Assembly: GCF_028641065.1 (NCBI RefSeq)
Contig: NC_073379.1
Coordinates: 21,886,001 to 21,950,000 of the forward strand
From: Leucoraja erinacea
Lineage: Eukaryota
DNA length: 64,000 bases
Reading direction: 5' to 3'
Shown: positions 1-12,469 of the stretch, piece by piece
Position numbering within the stretch: the first letter of the stretch is position 1
Layout: each line of letters begins with the position of its first letter
Notes under the pieces: model-generated
What the model was told of the DNA's origin: nothing
Database searches by the model: none
What the model saw: the letters and a program-made list of their open reading frames with translations, nothing else
Position numbers and translations under genes: made by a program

Positions 1-985
1 ATTTGAGAATTGTAATTAAAAAAAACACATGTGGTTAAAGTTCACATTGTCAGATTTTAATAAAGGCCATTTTGATAGTTTGGTTTCACCATGTAGAAAT
101 TACAGCTGTGTTTATACATAGTCCCCCCATTTCAAGACACCATAATGTTTGGAACACAGCAATGTCATGTAAATGAAAGTAGACAGGTTTAGTATTTTGC
201 TGCATATCCTTTGTATGCAATGACTGCTTGAAGTCTGTGATTCATGGACATCACCAGTTGCTGGGTGTCTTCTCTGGTGATGCTCTGCCAGGCCTGTATT
301 GCAGCCATCTTTAGCTTCAGCTTGTTTTGGGGGCTAGTCCTCTCCAGTTTTCTCTTCAGCATATAAAAGGCATGCTCAATTGGGTTCAGATTGGGTGATT
401 GCCTTGGCCGCACAAGAATTGACCATTTCTTAGCTTTGAAAAACTCCTTTGTTGCTTGAGCAGTACGTTTGGGCTCATTGGCTTGCTGTAGAGTTAATCG
501 CCAGCCAATGTTTTAAGGCATTTGTTTGAACTTGAGCAGATAGGATGTGTCTATACACTTCAGAATTCATTATACTACTACCATCAGCAGTTGTATCATC
601 AATGACAATAAGCAAGTTCCTTCAGCAGCTATACAAGCCCAGGCCATACCACCCCCACCACTGGGTTTCACAGATCAGGTGGTATGCTTTGGATCCTTCT
701 CTCCTCCATACTTTGCTCTTGCCATCACTCTGATATAAGTTAATCTTCATCTCATCAGTTCACAAAATCTTTTTCCAAAACTATGATTGCTCTTTTACAT
801 ACTTCTTGGCAAACTGTAACTTGGCCATCCTATTTTTGCAGCTAACCAGCAGTTTGCATCTTGCAGTGTAGCCTCTGTATTTCTGTTCATGAAGTCTTCT
901 GCGGACAGTGGCCATTGACAAATCCGCACCTGACCCCTGAAGAATGTTTCTGATCTGTCGGACAGGTGTTTGGGGATTTACTTTT
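1..985 (-). mobile_element. Decayed Tc1/mariner DNA transposon (partial; transposase pseudogene)
   Basis: ORF 189-413(-) has the Tc1 C-terminus SPNLNPIEH...LQAVIAYKGYAAKY. Upstream sequence is broken transposase; the element runs off the window start. Confidence 0.85.
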
Positions 986-1259
986 TTTTTTAGAGAGAAC
1001 TGTCCTTCAGGAGATCTTCCTCCCTACCTGATTTTTGTTGGGGGTTGAGTGTCTTCCTTGGTGTTTTGCAGTCGGAGAGGCTCAGCTCTCTTTCTCCGGG
1101 ATGTTCCAGCTTTGGTACCCGGTCCTCTGATGTCCTACCAGCGGGTTTCTGGAGTCGGCGTTCATTGGCACTGTCGGGGATAAACAGCCCAACGTATCAC
1201 GGCTGAGAGCTCTCTTAAGAGAACCAGCGGCGGCACAGCGAGTATCGCGGTGTGCGTCA

Positions 1260-1850
1260 TGGCGAAATAGGCTTTATAAACACAGGTCGCCACGCTGGAA
1301 CCAGCTGGGACCGGCGATAAAAAACATCGCGGAGCTGCGGGTCTGAGGAGTGGCCAGCTGCGGGCGGTGGCGCTGACTTTACATCGGGAGCCTGGGATCT
1401 CTCGACGAGATCACCAGTTGTGGAGCTCCATCCGGCGCAGCCTTGTTGGCTTCGGATGCCGCAGTCTCCAGTACGGAAGCGGCCGTTCCAGGATTCACAT
1501 GCCGCTGAGAGGATTCTCCCGACGCCATCACCCGGCGAGAACGGCCTGGAACATCGGGCCTCCGTGGAGGCAACTGTGGAGGCCTGAATGGGCCCGACCA
1601 TGGGTGAACTGGGGATGGGGACTGGACTTTGTGCCTTCCCTCATAATGGGAACCATTGTGGGAGGATGTTTTTATGTTTAAATGTCTTTTTTATTGTTAT
1701 GTCTGTATTCTTTCTTCATGTGCTGCACGGAGAGGACGCTATCGCTGTTTGTTCGCCGCTTCTCCGTTTGCTATTGTCTGTTACTATTGTAAAGCGACTT
1801 TGAGTCTTAGAAAAGTGCTATAAAAATTAAATTTATTATTATTATTATTA
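1260..1850 (+). mobile_element. GC-rich non-autonomous retroposon-like repeat with L2-like 3' tail (AAAGCGACTTTGAG...(TTA)n)
   Basis: Homologous to 15470-15760(-); internal GCCTTCCCTCA..TGTGGGAGG hairpin; ends in (TTA)n. Confidence 0.5.
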
Positions 1851-3286
1851 TCTTGCCACATGCTTCAGAAATGCTCCTATCCCATTGAGTTAATCCACCA
1901 CTTTATGTTTTGCTCATGTTTTCAGCAATTGCAGTTCCTTGTTTCTCAACAGGATTAATGCTTCATGCTGAATACTCTACTCCCAAACTGTGGAAGAGAA
2001 AAAAACAATTACAGAGAGTGTGGGGAGGGAAGGACAAATCAAAGAGAATATTTATCAGAGAGTGTGGCAATAATTGATGGAATACCTGTGATCTGTGCTA
2101 CCTGTGTTTGCCACATTCATTCCCCATCTCATTGCCACTCTGACCCATTTGTCGATGGATTCCTGCAATGTCATGAAATGGCCCAATGAAAGCTTCAGGA
2201 ACAGCATCTTATCGTTCACCAGGGGAAGTTCTAACCTTCCAGGCTCAATATCCGATTCCAATATCTTATGTAACTACCTTTTACGGAATCAGAGGCATTG
2301 GCGCATTAAAGCAGGGAAACATGCTTTTCGGCTCACCTTGCCCATGCCAACCGTTAACATTGCAGACTAGTCCTATTTGTCTGCATTTGGCCAATAGACC
2401 ACTAAAACCTTTGTATCCATATTTCTGTTGAAATGTTTTTTTAAAGGTCGTAACCGTGTCCTCTGGCAGCTCATTCCAGATACGGACCACCCTGAGTAAA
2501 AACCGAGCGGAGGTCCCATCTCTCTCGGCTCACCTTAAGCCTATGCCCTTTAATTTTAGAATCCTCTACCCTGGAAAAAAGACTGCGAGCGTTCACTTTA
2601 TCCATGCACTCATGGTCTTCTACACTCTAAAGAAAACAGTCCCAGCCGATCTAACTCCCCATTACCAAAGCCTGTTTTCCTCTTGGTTATTTACCTAGTT
2701 TACTGCTTCAGAAGTACTCCCTCCATTATCTGAAAGTGACCTGCTGGATGTTTCCTTTAGCTCGGCATTTTACAGATTAAATATATCTCTATCTCAATTT
2801 AACCCACTCCCCACCCCCTCCTCTCCCCCTTGCTTCATTTCATGGTGTTTATGTTCCTTTCTCTCTGATGCCCTCATTAATCTGTCAACTGAAGAATTCC
2901 ATATCCATAGCTCATCACCATGGCAACCCTACTCTATAAAAACAGATTTAGTCTACAACTAAATCTGACTATCAGAGTTTCCAGCATTTTTGTCCTTTGA
3001 ATTTCGACATCAGAATAATCTATGGTGCAAATGCTGCAACCTTTTCACTACAACACATACTGCACTATTCTACAGGTTGATAATGTATAATATTTAAGAC
3101 TAGTTTATCCAATCCACAAAACTGTTTAATACTATCCACAGAATATTTTGAAATTCATACAATTCAACTAATAGAGTCATAGCGCCACATAGCACGTAGC
3201 AGACCTTTCAACCCAACTCATCATGCAAACAAAATGCCCCATCTCAGCTTGTTGCATTTACTCACATTGGCCCCTTATCCCTCTTA

Positions 3287-3601
3287 TGGGGCTGTCCCAC
3301 TACAAGCTAATTCAAGAGCTTTCCCAAGTTTAAAAAAAAAATCAAACTCATGGTAAGCACGTATAATGTACGTTGCAGGTACGTCGGAGCCCGGGACATC
3401 TCTTAGCGGCTCGTAACGCTAACGGCAGGTACTCTGGAAACGCGGTAAGCTCGGGAAGACTCGTGAAGATTTTTTCAACATGTTGGAAAATGTCCATGAG
3501 AGCCCCGAGTACCTACGAGCAGCTATTACCGTAATTCTCCGAGTTCGAATCAGGGGAAACTTGGGAGAACTTGAATTAGCTCGTACAGTGGGACAGCCCC
3601 A
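3287..3601. mobile_element. PIF/Harbinger-type MITE
   Basis: Terminal inverted repeats TGGGGCTGTCCCACT...AGTGGGACAGCCCCA with TTA/TAA flanks. Confidence 0.75.
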
Positions 3602-4139
3602 TAAGCCTTTCCATTCAATATATCTGTCCAAATATCTTTTGAATGGTCTTATTTAACGTGCTTCAACTATTTCCTCTGGTAGCTTATACCATATACCCAC
3701 CACTCTGTGTGAAAACGTTGCCCCACACGCTCCTATTAATTATTTCCCCTTTGACCTTAAACTTATGCCCTTTTGTCCTCTTTATTGTCCTACCATGCAA
3801 AAAAGAGGATGTTCATATCTATTCCCCTCATAATTTTATGAACCTCTTCTCAGCCTCATGTAATGCAAGGAATTAAATCTAGCCTGTGCAATCTCTTATT
3901 TAGTTTAGTGATGGGGTCAAGGAAAGAGTGTTCATGTCGCGGTCCTGTTTCCACCAAGCTTTCCACCACCACGCACAAGAAGCGCAAGACGCAACTGCAT
4001 GCATTTGCCAAGAAGTGTGTTCAGCTCTGGCTGAACAATTTCTAATCTTGTGATGTGGACTCTAAGAAATTTAGTGATACAGCATAGAAACAGGCTCTTC
4101 AGCTCATTGTGTCCACGTCGCCCATCAATCACCCATATA

Positions 4140-4360
4140 CCATGTTATCCCACTTTGAATTCCTACACTCTAGGGTGAATTTGTAGAAGCCAATTAACCT
4201 ACAAACTTTCACATCTTTCGAATGTTTGAGGAAAATGGAGCACCCAAAGACCCACGCGGTCACAGGGAGAATGTACAAACTCCACAGAGATAGCACCCTT
4301 AGTCAGGATCGAACTCGGGTCTCTGGTGCTGTAGGCAGCAGCTCCACCGCTGCGCCACTT
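4140..4360 (-). mobile_element. tRNA-derived V-SINE (HE1-like)
   Basis: Reverse complement of GGCGCAGCGG...GGTTCGATCC head plus the V-domain-like core. Further copies at ~7195-7300, 34310-34815, 38438-38705 and 63850-64000. Confidence 0.7.
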
Positions 4361-4540
4361 CATTTAACTTGGGCCCTTGTATCCTGACAATATAAAACTT
4401 ATCTTCACTCTTTTCAGCTAAATCGCACCTTTCCTACTGCTGATAATTTGCATAACCTGCAACATCTTGGAAAATGGATCTGGGTGCCAACTAACATTCA
4501 TGTCACACAAGTCTCAGCCAGTGATCATCTCCAACAAGAG

Positions 4541-4687
4541 GTTGGAGAATATCAGTCTGAAGAAGGGTCTCGACCCAAAACGTCACCCATTCATTTGCTC
4601 CATAGATGCTGCCTCACCCGCTGAGTTTCTCCAGATTTTCGTCCTTCGTACCTTCGATTTTTCCAGCATCTGCAGTTCTCTCTTAAA
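4541..4687 (+). mobile_element. Short Penelope-derived insert carrying a hammerhead-like motif
   Basis: CTGAAGA-A-GGGTCTCGACCC-AAAACGTC; 15-bp TSD CATCTCCAACAAGAG at 4526-4540 and 4688-4702. Confidence 0.75.
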
Positions 4688-5281
4688 CATCTCCAACAAG
4701 AGAGTGCCTAACAATATTTCCATATTTAGGATTAGAGATACAGCGTGGACACAGGCCCTTTGGCCCAACGAGGTCCACGTCGACCAGCCAGCCCCGTAGA
4801 TGTTCCATATTCAACAGCATTAGCATCTCCAAGATTCCTATCAGCAACATCCTGGTGGTCACTATTGACTAGAAACTCAACTGAGCTAGACACAGAGGTT
4901 CTATGGCTACAAGAACAAGTCAGAAGTTAGGCATCTTGCAGCAAGTGATTCACCACCATTTTCTTCTCCCATCAAAAAGCATGTGAAAAGTGCACCTCCA
5001 ACATAAAGTGAAGGGGGAAAAGATTCAATAGGAATCGGAGGGGTAACTTTTTCACTAAAAGGGTAGTGGGTGCATGGAACAAGCTGTCAGAGGCAGGGAC
5101 TATCCCAATGTTTAGGAAATAATTAAACAGGTACATGGATAGGACAGGTTTGGAGGGATACGAGCCAAATGCAGGCATGTGGGACTGGTGTAGCTGGGAC
5201 ATATTGGCCAGTGTGGGCAAGTTGGGCCGACGGGCCTATTTCCAGGCTGTATGAATTCTACGATTCTATAACTCAAGAAAT

Positions 5282-5335
5282 GGGGTGGGAGATTGCAACC
5301 TTCACATGGTCCACCCTGTTTCGACTAATGACATC
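5282..5335 (+). ncRNA. Minimal HDV/CPEB3-like self-cleaving ribozyme fold (copy 1)
   Basis: P1 GGGGTGG/CCACCCT (G1.U wobble), P2 GATTGCA/TGACATC (2 mismatches in this copy), P3 ACC/GGT, L3 TTCACAT, tiny P4 TTTCGA, putative catalytic C5325. Confidence 0.75.
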
Positions 5336-5415
5336 AACCCAACATGCACAAACAAATAGATCAAATAGAACAAGTTGACCTACAACTTTAGGCTGTGCAC
5401 GCCATACGCTAGAAG
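5282..5415 (+). mobile_element. ~135-bp SINE-like retroposon headed by an HDV-like ribozyme, copy 1
   Basis: 13-bp TSD AACTCAAGAAATG (5270-5282 / 5416-5428), (GAA)n tail, homologous to 23845-23983 and 55111-55241. Confidence 0.85.
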
Positions 5416-5996
5416 AACTCAAGAAATGCAATAGCATCCAAAACAGAGCAGACTAATTAGACTGGCGTCCACAAAACATCACTTCAGCACAGGCATGCGG
5501 TTGCCACCACATGTTGCATCTACCACATGTTGCATCTACCTCATGCACAAGTTACTCATCCACACTAGCTCAACAAATAACCAACACCTAACCCCACCCT
5601 CCAAATCCAAGAACTCTTACATCCAAGGAGGGCCACATTAATATGGAAAAACAACTAGCTGCAGATCCCCAACTAAATTATATATCATTTAGAAATGCAT
5701 CAACGATCTGCTGCTTTTAAATCCTAGAACTCGAGACATTAGTGGAACAGAAATATATTTACCAAAGGCTCACAGTGAGTGCCAATCATTGTGGGAAATT
5801 GGTTATGGCCGATAAATGGGTCTTGCTACCCATCAAATGAATGAATTAGAAGAAGTCAATGACCAGTAAGCTATACATGGGCAGCCAAGAACTGCAATTT
5901 TCAGATGTAGTAGAAAAAGCTGGCTTATCTTGATATAAACATTTTGAAATTAAGCTTCCAATATATATTTTTTTAATCCATCAAAATGTTACTTAC

Positions 5997-6091
5997 CAAT
6001 CTCAATGCCTAGTCCACCAATACCACTTAGGAAAACATAAGACTGAGCCATCTGACACATTGCATGGTCTCCGAGGACATAGCGTTGACGA
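5997..6091 (-). CDS. UBA6: UBA6 coding exon (ubiquitin/FAT10-activating E1 enzyme)
   Basis: 95-nt exon between a ttttattgcAG acceptor and a GTAAGT donor; translates (S)RQRYVLGDHAMCQMAQSYVFLSGIGGLGIEI, matching the UBA6 N-terminal RQRYVLGD..GxGGLGxEI segment. Confidence 0.95.
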
Positions 6092-6419
6092 CTGCAATAA
6101 AAAGGAAGAACATAAGAAACAGGCCCAGGCCATAAAGATCCTTGTCACTTGATAAAATGCTGCATTGAAATTAAATTTCCTACTCAATTCCCATGTTCCC
6201 TGATCTTCCTCAAGTCCAAAGTCTATGATATGTACAATAAAACTAAATGACTGAACATCCACCGACCACTAGGGCAGAGAATTCTTAAGATTCCTCACCT
6301 ACCTTAGAGAAGACATTTTTCATTTTAGTATCATTTGGCAGATTCTTAAACTGCAAATATGTTTGTCTAGTTAAGACTTTCCAGGGAAAACAGCTCTCAA
6401 CATAGTTTAGTTTAGTTTA

Positions 6420-7190
6420 TTGTCACGTGTACCAAGGTACAGTGAAAAGCTTTTTGTTGTTGTGTGCTATCCAATCAGTGGAAAGACTATACATGATTAC
6501 TATCAAGCCACCCACAGTGAACAGATACAGGATAAAGGGAATAACGTTCAGTGCAAGATAAAGACCAGAAAAGTCTGAATGAAGATATTCAGAGGGTCTA
6601 CAATTGGGTAGCTGGTAGGTCAGAACCACTCAGTAGTTGGTGATAGAATGGTTCAGTCTGCTGATAACAGCTGGGAAGAAACTGTCCCTGAATCTGGAGG
6701 TAAGCATTTGTACACTTCTGTACCTCTTGCCTGATTGGAGTGGGGAGAAGAGGGAATGGCCAGGGTTGAGACTTGTCCTTGATTATGCTGATGGCAGCAT
6801 GAAGTGTAGATGAGTCAATGGAAGGGAGGTTGGTTTGTGTGATGCTCTGGGTTGCATTCACAATTCGCTGCAAATTCTTCCTGTCTTAGATGGAGCTGTT
6901 CCCAAACCATGCTGTGATGCATCCTGATAAAATGCTTTCTACGATGCATCTGTCAAAGTTGATGCGAGTTGTTTGGGACATGTCGAACTTCGTAAGCCTT
7001 CTAAGGAAGTAGAGGCATTGATGGGTTTTCTTGGCCATTGCTTCGATATGGCTAGACCAGGACAGGTTGCGGGTGATATTTGCTGCTAGGAACTTGAAGC
7101 TTTCACCCATCTCTACTTCGGCACTGTAAACGTCTACCACTTCGCTTCCTTAAGTCAATCACTTTTCCCTTTGTCTTGCTGACATTGAGA
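6420..7190 (-). mobile_element. Rex1/Babar-like LINE 3' fragment
   Basis: ORFs 6886-7140 and 6598-6873 (FKFL..I...LSWSSHI..LYFLRRL..ESILSGCITAWFGN). Related 3' fragments at ~8230-8670(-), 40955-41370(+) and 60845-61230(+). Confidence 0.75.
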
Positions 7191-7697
7191 AAAGGGTCAC
7201 AGGGAGAACGTGAAAACTCCCTACAGACAAGTACCCATTGTCAGGATCGAACTCAAAACCCTGGTGCTGCAAGGCAGCAACTTTACCGCTGCGCCACTGT
7301 ACCTGCTGATGATCAGGTTAAAGCATTGATTGGAGGTGTGGATCTGACAGAGCATGAACTGGAGTTGATGGAGATGAGCGAGGCCCAGATGTGCAGGAGC
7401 CTCTGGGTAATAGCCAGAAGGTGAAGGGTATCCCCACACTCTCTCTCCCTGTGTCCCTCACCTCAATGCATACCCATTTCTCCTACAATCTCACCCCACC
7501 TTTCCTCTCCCATGAAATATTGCCTAACCATGTCCTTCAAAGATGCTGTCTGACCCACTAAGTTCCTCCTGCATTTTGAGTTCCTCTGTTTAATTGGAGG
7601 AACCAGAATCACAATATACCTAGTGGGAAAATACCCATTACTAATTCACCAAATCAGGAATATTTTGCTTCCTCAGTGTCGAATGTTCAAGATTTAC

Positions 7698-7738
7698 CTG
7701 TATAAGGAATCATCAATTTCCATATTGTCAGTTGCCAT
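7698..7738 (-). CDS. UBA6: UBA6 first AUG-containing coding segment (exon 7698-7761)
   Basis: ATG at 7738 gives MATDNMEIDDSLYS; acceptor ttttgcAG before 7761, donor GTAAAT after 7698; the phase-2 junction joins the 6091 exon in frame. Confidence 0.93.
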
Positions 7739-10700
7739 TTTCTGTTGATGTTTATCAAAATCTGCAAAATAAGAAATTTAAAAATAATTAATCCCTATTT
7801 TCTGCTCTTTTAAAATAATCTACTTCCCTAGCTTAGTCTCCCCAGCCTTTAAATTTTCAGAACTTAGAACAAATATTCTCAAATAACACACTCAGTTCAG
7901 AGAAAAGGAAATAAGAACTGCAAACAAAAACAAAAATTAAAATAGAAAAGCATGTCAATTTTATATTTCACACGGTTATAGAATTATGAGCTCTTTTAGA
8001 AAGGATAGTAAGAAACATTTTTTTCCCCCAGAGCAGAGGTGTCGATAATTAGAGGCCATAGGCTCATGTTAAGGGACATGATATTTAGAGGGTATCAATG
8101 GAAGAGATGGGAATGGTATGCATGGACTCCTCTGCTGCAAGACAAACATTCAAACCTCAAAACTGAAACATTCTATCCCAGGCAGCATCCAAGTAAATCT
8201 CCTTTACACCATTTCCAATGCAATCAAGATTTAAAGAGTTTATTGTCATGTGTCCCTGATAGGACAATTAAATTATTGCTTTGCTTCAGCACAACAGAAC
8301 ATAGTAGGCATGACTACAGAAGAGATCAGTGTGGCCATATACCATTATATAAATATATATACACATGAATAAATAAACTGATAAAGTGCAAATAAACAGA
8401 TAATGGGTTATTAATGTTCAGAGTTTTGTCCGAACCAAAGTTAATAGCCTGATGGCTGAGGGGAAGTAGCTATTCCTGACCCTGGTTGTTGCAGTTTTCA
8501 GGCTCCTGTACCTTCTACCTGAAGGTAGCGGGGAGATGAGTGTATGGCCAGGATGGTGTGGGTCCTTGATGATACTGCTAGCCTTTTTGAGACAGCGACT
8601 GCGATAGATCCCCTCGATGGAAGGGAGGTCAGAGCCGATGATGGACTGGGCAGTGTTTACTACTTTTTGTAGTAATCATGTCCTTCCGATCCTGTGCCAA
8701 CCGGAACTGCACACAATACTCCATTGGTGGCTTAACCAAAGATTTATGACATGCACGTTTCTACCAGTAATCACTCTTTGAAGGGATATCCTTGGACAAA
8801 TAGTCAAAAACTAAAAGTTACAGTGTGCGAGTGAGAGGGGAAAGACAAAAGTGTTGGGAGGAGATTTTCAAATTTGTCCCTGGGCTGCCAAAGGCATATA
8901 TACCACTGGGTGTATGTAACGAGCTGCCATGGGGGTAGTTGAGCCAGGGACTATTGCAATGTTTAAGAAACAATTAACCAGGTACATGAATAGGGCAGGT
9001 TTGCAGAGATGTGGGCCAAACGCAGGCATGCGGGACTAGTGTAGATGGGACAAGTTAACGGATATGGGCAAGTTGGGCCAAAGGGCCTGTTTCCATGCTG
9101 TATGACTATGACTCTCATCTTGAAAGCTATGCCATAGAGTTTTTCAACTACTTCCTCCGGCAGCTCATTCCATACACCTACCACCCTTTACATGAAAAAG
9201 TGACTCCTCAGATTGCTATAAAATCTTTCCCCTCTCACTTTAAACCTATGTCGTCTGGTTCTCGATTACCCTACTATGGGTAAGAGACTCTGTGCGTCTA
9301 CTCAATCTATTCCTCTCATGATTTTATACACCCTTCATCCTCCTACACTCCAAGGAATAGCCCGAGCCTGCCAAGCCTCTCCCTATAGCTCAGGTCCTCG
9401 AGTCCTGGCAACATCCTCATAAATCTTAGCCAAACCCTTTCCAGCTTGACAACATCTTTCCTATAAAATGATGCCCAAACCTGAACACAATACTCTAAAT
9501 GCAGCCTCACCAACGTCTTATACAACTGCAACACGACCTCCCAACCTCTATGCTCTGTCTGATAAAGGCCAATATGCAAAAAGCCTTTTTGACTACCCTA
9601 TCTACCTGTGATGCCACTTTCAACTAACTATATACCTATAATCCTAGGAGTACAATGGCGGTATATGGGTTATGTGCAGGCAGATAAGAGTTGTCTTGGC
9701 ATCATGTTCGGCCCAGTGATTATGGGCCAAAAAGTCTGTTCTTGTGCAATACTGTTCTATGTTCAACAGAAAATATTTGTATGGTTAGCAATAACATTTA
9801 ACAAAAGGATTCACCATTGAGCTGAAAATAAAATTCAGAGTAACTGTTGAATTGAAAGATGCAGGATGGAAATAGGTCCCTCGGTCCACCGAATCGACAC
9901 CAACCATCACTAGTTCATACTAGTTCTATGTTATTCCAATTTCTCATCCACTCCTGACACACTAGGGGCAATTTACACAGGCCAATCAACTTACATACCA
10001 TCTTAAAGAAGCACATAGGATTGCTGCTGAGGATTATTATTGAAAATATGCTATGTCCTATAATCTTTTAGTTCTCTATGCGCCTCTATCTGACCTTTCA
10101 AAGGAGAACCTTTGCAACTGACTCCACAGAATAACTCACGCACAACTCTCGTAACCTGGGTTCAATCCAGACCTCTGGTGATTGTAGTTTATACATTTTT
10201 GCTGTGGGTGTGCGGGCTTCCTCATGGTGTACTGGTTTGTCCCATATCCCAAAGATGCAATTTCACTGACACCAGTGATGTCAATGGCAAGGAACTGCAG
10301 ATACTGGGTTATACCAAAGATGGACACAATGTTGGAGTAACTCAGCAGATCAGGCAGCATCTCTGGAGAGAAGGAATGGTGTTTTTTTCAGACTGAGTCA
10401 GAGAAGGGGAAAACTGGAGATATGGAAGGGTACAAAGTGAATGTAAGGTGTGAAAAGAACAGATCAAAGCAGACGACGATCTAGGAAATGTATTGTTGGC
10501 CGAGAGGAAGGTGACAACCAGGTATACAAACAGTAAAAATAATCAGGAAGACAGTGAAACTGGGAAGAGAACTAGGATGGAGGAGGGACAGAGGGAGAGG
10601 TGATGTAGGGAGGGTTACTTGAAGTTAAAGAAACCATGTCATATCGCTGGGTTGTAAACTGAAATGAAATACGAGGTACCGTTCCTCCAATTTGCGTTTG

Positions 10701-10999
10701 GCCTCACTCGTTCGCCGGCATTGACGCCGCCAACCGTTCAACCTTATGATAACGGCGAGACCACACGGAAATCTGTCACGTCCGTGGGTGGGTTTGCACC
10801 AAAATGACGGGACCGAGCAACACCAGGGATATTGATGTGAATGAGTCTGCACTCTCCATCTACCCTTCTGAGTGTGCACCTGACGACATGCCTCTGTCTC
10901 TGCGTCTGTCTCCTTGTCCCCAAGTGTATGGACACACAATTACTCAAAGTGCTGGAGTGATTCAGCAGGTTATTCAGCATCTCTGGAGAGCGTGGATCT

Positions 11000-11235
11000 T
11001 CCCTCTCCTCCCTCTAGTCTCCTTCCTTCCTCCTCTCCCTCCTTTCCTCATTTTCTCCCTCCCTCCTCTCCTTTCCCCTTCCCCCACTCCCTCTCCTTCT
11101 TTTCCCCCTCCCTCCTCTCCTTTCCTTCCCCCTCTCCTTCCAGTCTTCCTCCTCCTCTTCTTTCCTTCCCCCTCTCCTTCCAGTTTCCTCCCTCCCCTCC
11201 TCTCCTCTCCCCTGCCATCTCTCCTTTCCTCTCCA
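11000..11235. repeat. Polypyrimidine/polypurine low-complexity tract in UBA6 intron 1
   Basis: Almost purely C/T on the + strand. Confidence 0.9.
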
Positions 11236-11272
11236 TTCCGGGCCCACTCGTGCTCCACCAACCCCAACTCAC

Positions 11273-11640
11273 CGGACGACGGTGACACCACGAAGGAGCC
11301 CAGCGACAGTGTAGTCGCCGCCCGCAGAGGCGAGGCCCGGCCCGGCCCGGCCTGTCGTGTGGTGTGGTGTCCCGCCGCTTGTTGCTGCTGCTGTTGCTGC
11401 TGCAGCCGGTCCGGTCCGGTCCTGGTCTGTCCTGTCCGAAGATTACAGAGGAGCCGGATAATCTTTGGTCCTGTCCTGTCCTGTCGTGTCGTGCCCCGCA
11501 CTGCTGCAGCCGAGCCGGTCTTCTCCTCTCCTGTCGTGCCGTGCCTGTCCCGCCCCCTCCGCCATTGACCCGGACGTGTTACGAGGCCGGGGTGACCAAA
11601 GGGTGAGCGACGTTCAATGGCGGCGGGGAGCGGGGCCTGA
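11273..11640 (-). promoter_or_regulatory. UBA6: CpG-rich promoter and probable first (5'UTR) exon of UBA6
   Basis: CpG-dense island; GTGAGT donor at 11272-11267(-); inverted CCGCCATTG/CAATGGCGG YY1-like motifs (~11559, ~11615). The TSS cannot be determined from sequence. Confidence 0.7.
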
Positions 11641-12469
11641 AGCAAATATACTAGAGATGCTCCTTTATAATCTTTGGCCTGAAGTGGCGACACTTTGACC
11701 TGCTGGTGTTCCCTGTCTTGCAGACAGTCTGCAGAAGATAGACACAAAATGCCGGACCAACATCCGCAGTTCCTTCCTACACATTTAGTCTGAAGAAGGG
11801 TCTCGACCCCAGAAACGTCGGTCCTTCTCTCCAGAGATGCTGCCTGGCCCAGAGTTACTCCAGCATTTTGTGTCTGTCTTAATAGACAATAGGGGCAGGA
11901 GTAGGCCATTCGGCCCTTCGAGCCAGCACCGCCATTCACTGTGATCATCCCCTTCAGTACCCTGTTCCTGCCTTCTCCCCATATCCCCTGACTCCGCTAT
12001 CTTTAAGAGCTATAAAACTCTCTCTTGAAAGCATCCAGAGAATCGGCCTCCGCTGCCTTCTGAGACAGAGAATTTCACAGATTCCCAACTCTGGGTGAAA
12101 ATGTGTCCTTCCTATACATTTTGTCTGCGTCTCTCCTCAGGGCAAACCTATTTCAAAGAGGTTCTCCTCCTCTCTCAGTCCAGACTTCTGCAACTCCCTC
12201 TCTCGCTGCTTCCCCTCTGTGATTCCTCCTGTTCTTAAGCTCCACCACCACGTTTTAACCTAGGAGTCTGAAGAAGGGTGTTGACCCAAAACATCACCCA
12301 CTCCTTCGCTCCAGAGATGCTATCTGTCCCGTTGAGTTACTCCAGTATTTTGTGTGTATGGTGTAAACCAGCATTTGCAGTTCATTCCTACACAACTCTG
12401 GTCTTTCAAACTACTTTTCCTCGGGCTCACCTCAAGGATGGGAGGAGGCCTTGGCAGATAGAGCACAAG

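Noticed and set aside
1-5990. Further UBA6 exons (AKNxVLAG.K)
   Set aside because: No convincing match found by eye; probably beyond the window start, though a 29-nt-scale exon could be missed.
10804-11568. 254-aa Pro/Ser/Leu-rich plus-strand ORF and overlapping ORFs
   Set aside because: Produced by the C/T low-complexity tract and CpG island; antisense to UBA6; no domain.
10974-11948. 324-aa minus-strand ORF as a standalone gene
   Set aside because: Its ATGs lie in CR1 and Penelope repeat sequence and its end is the purine tract; only the middle overlaps UBA6 exon 1.
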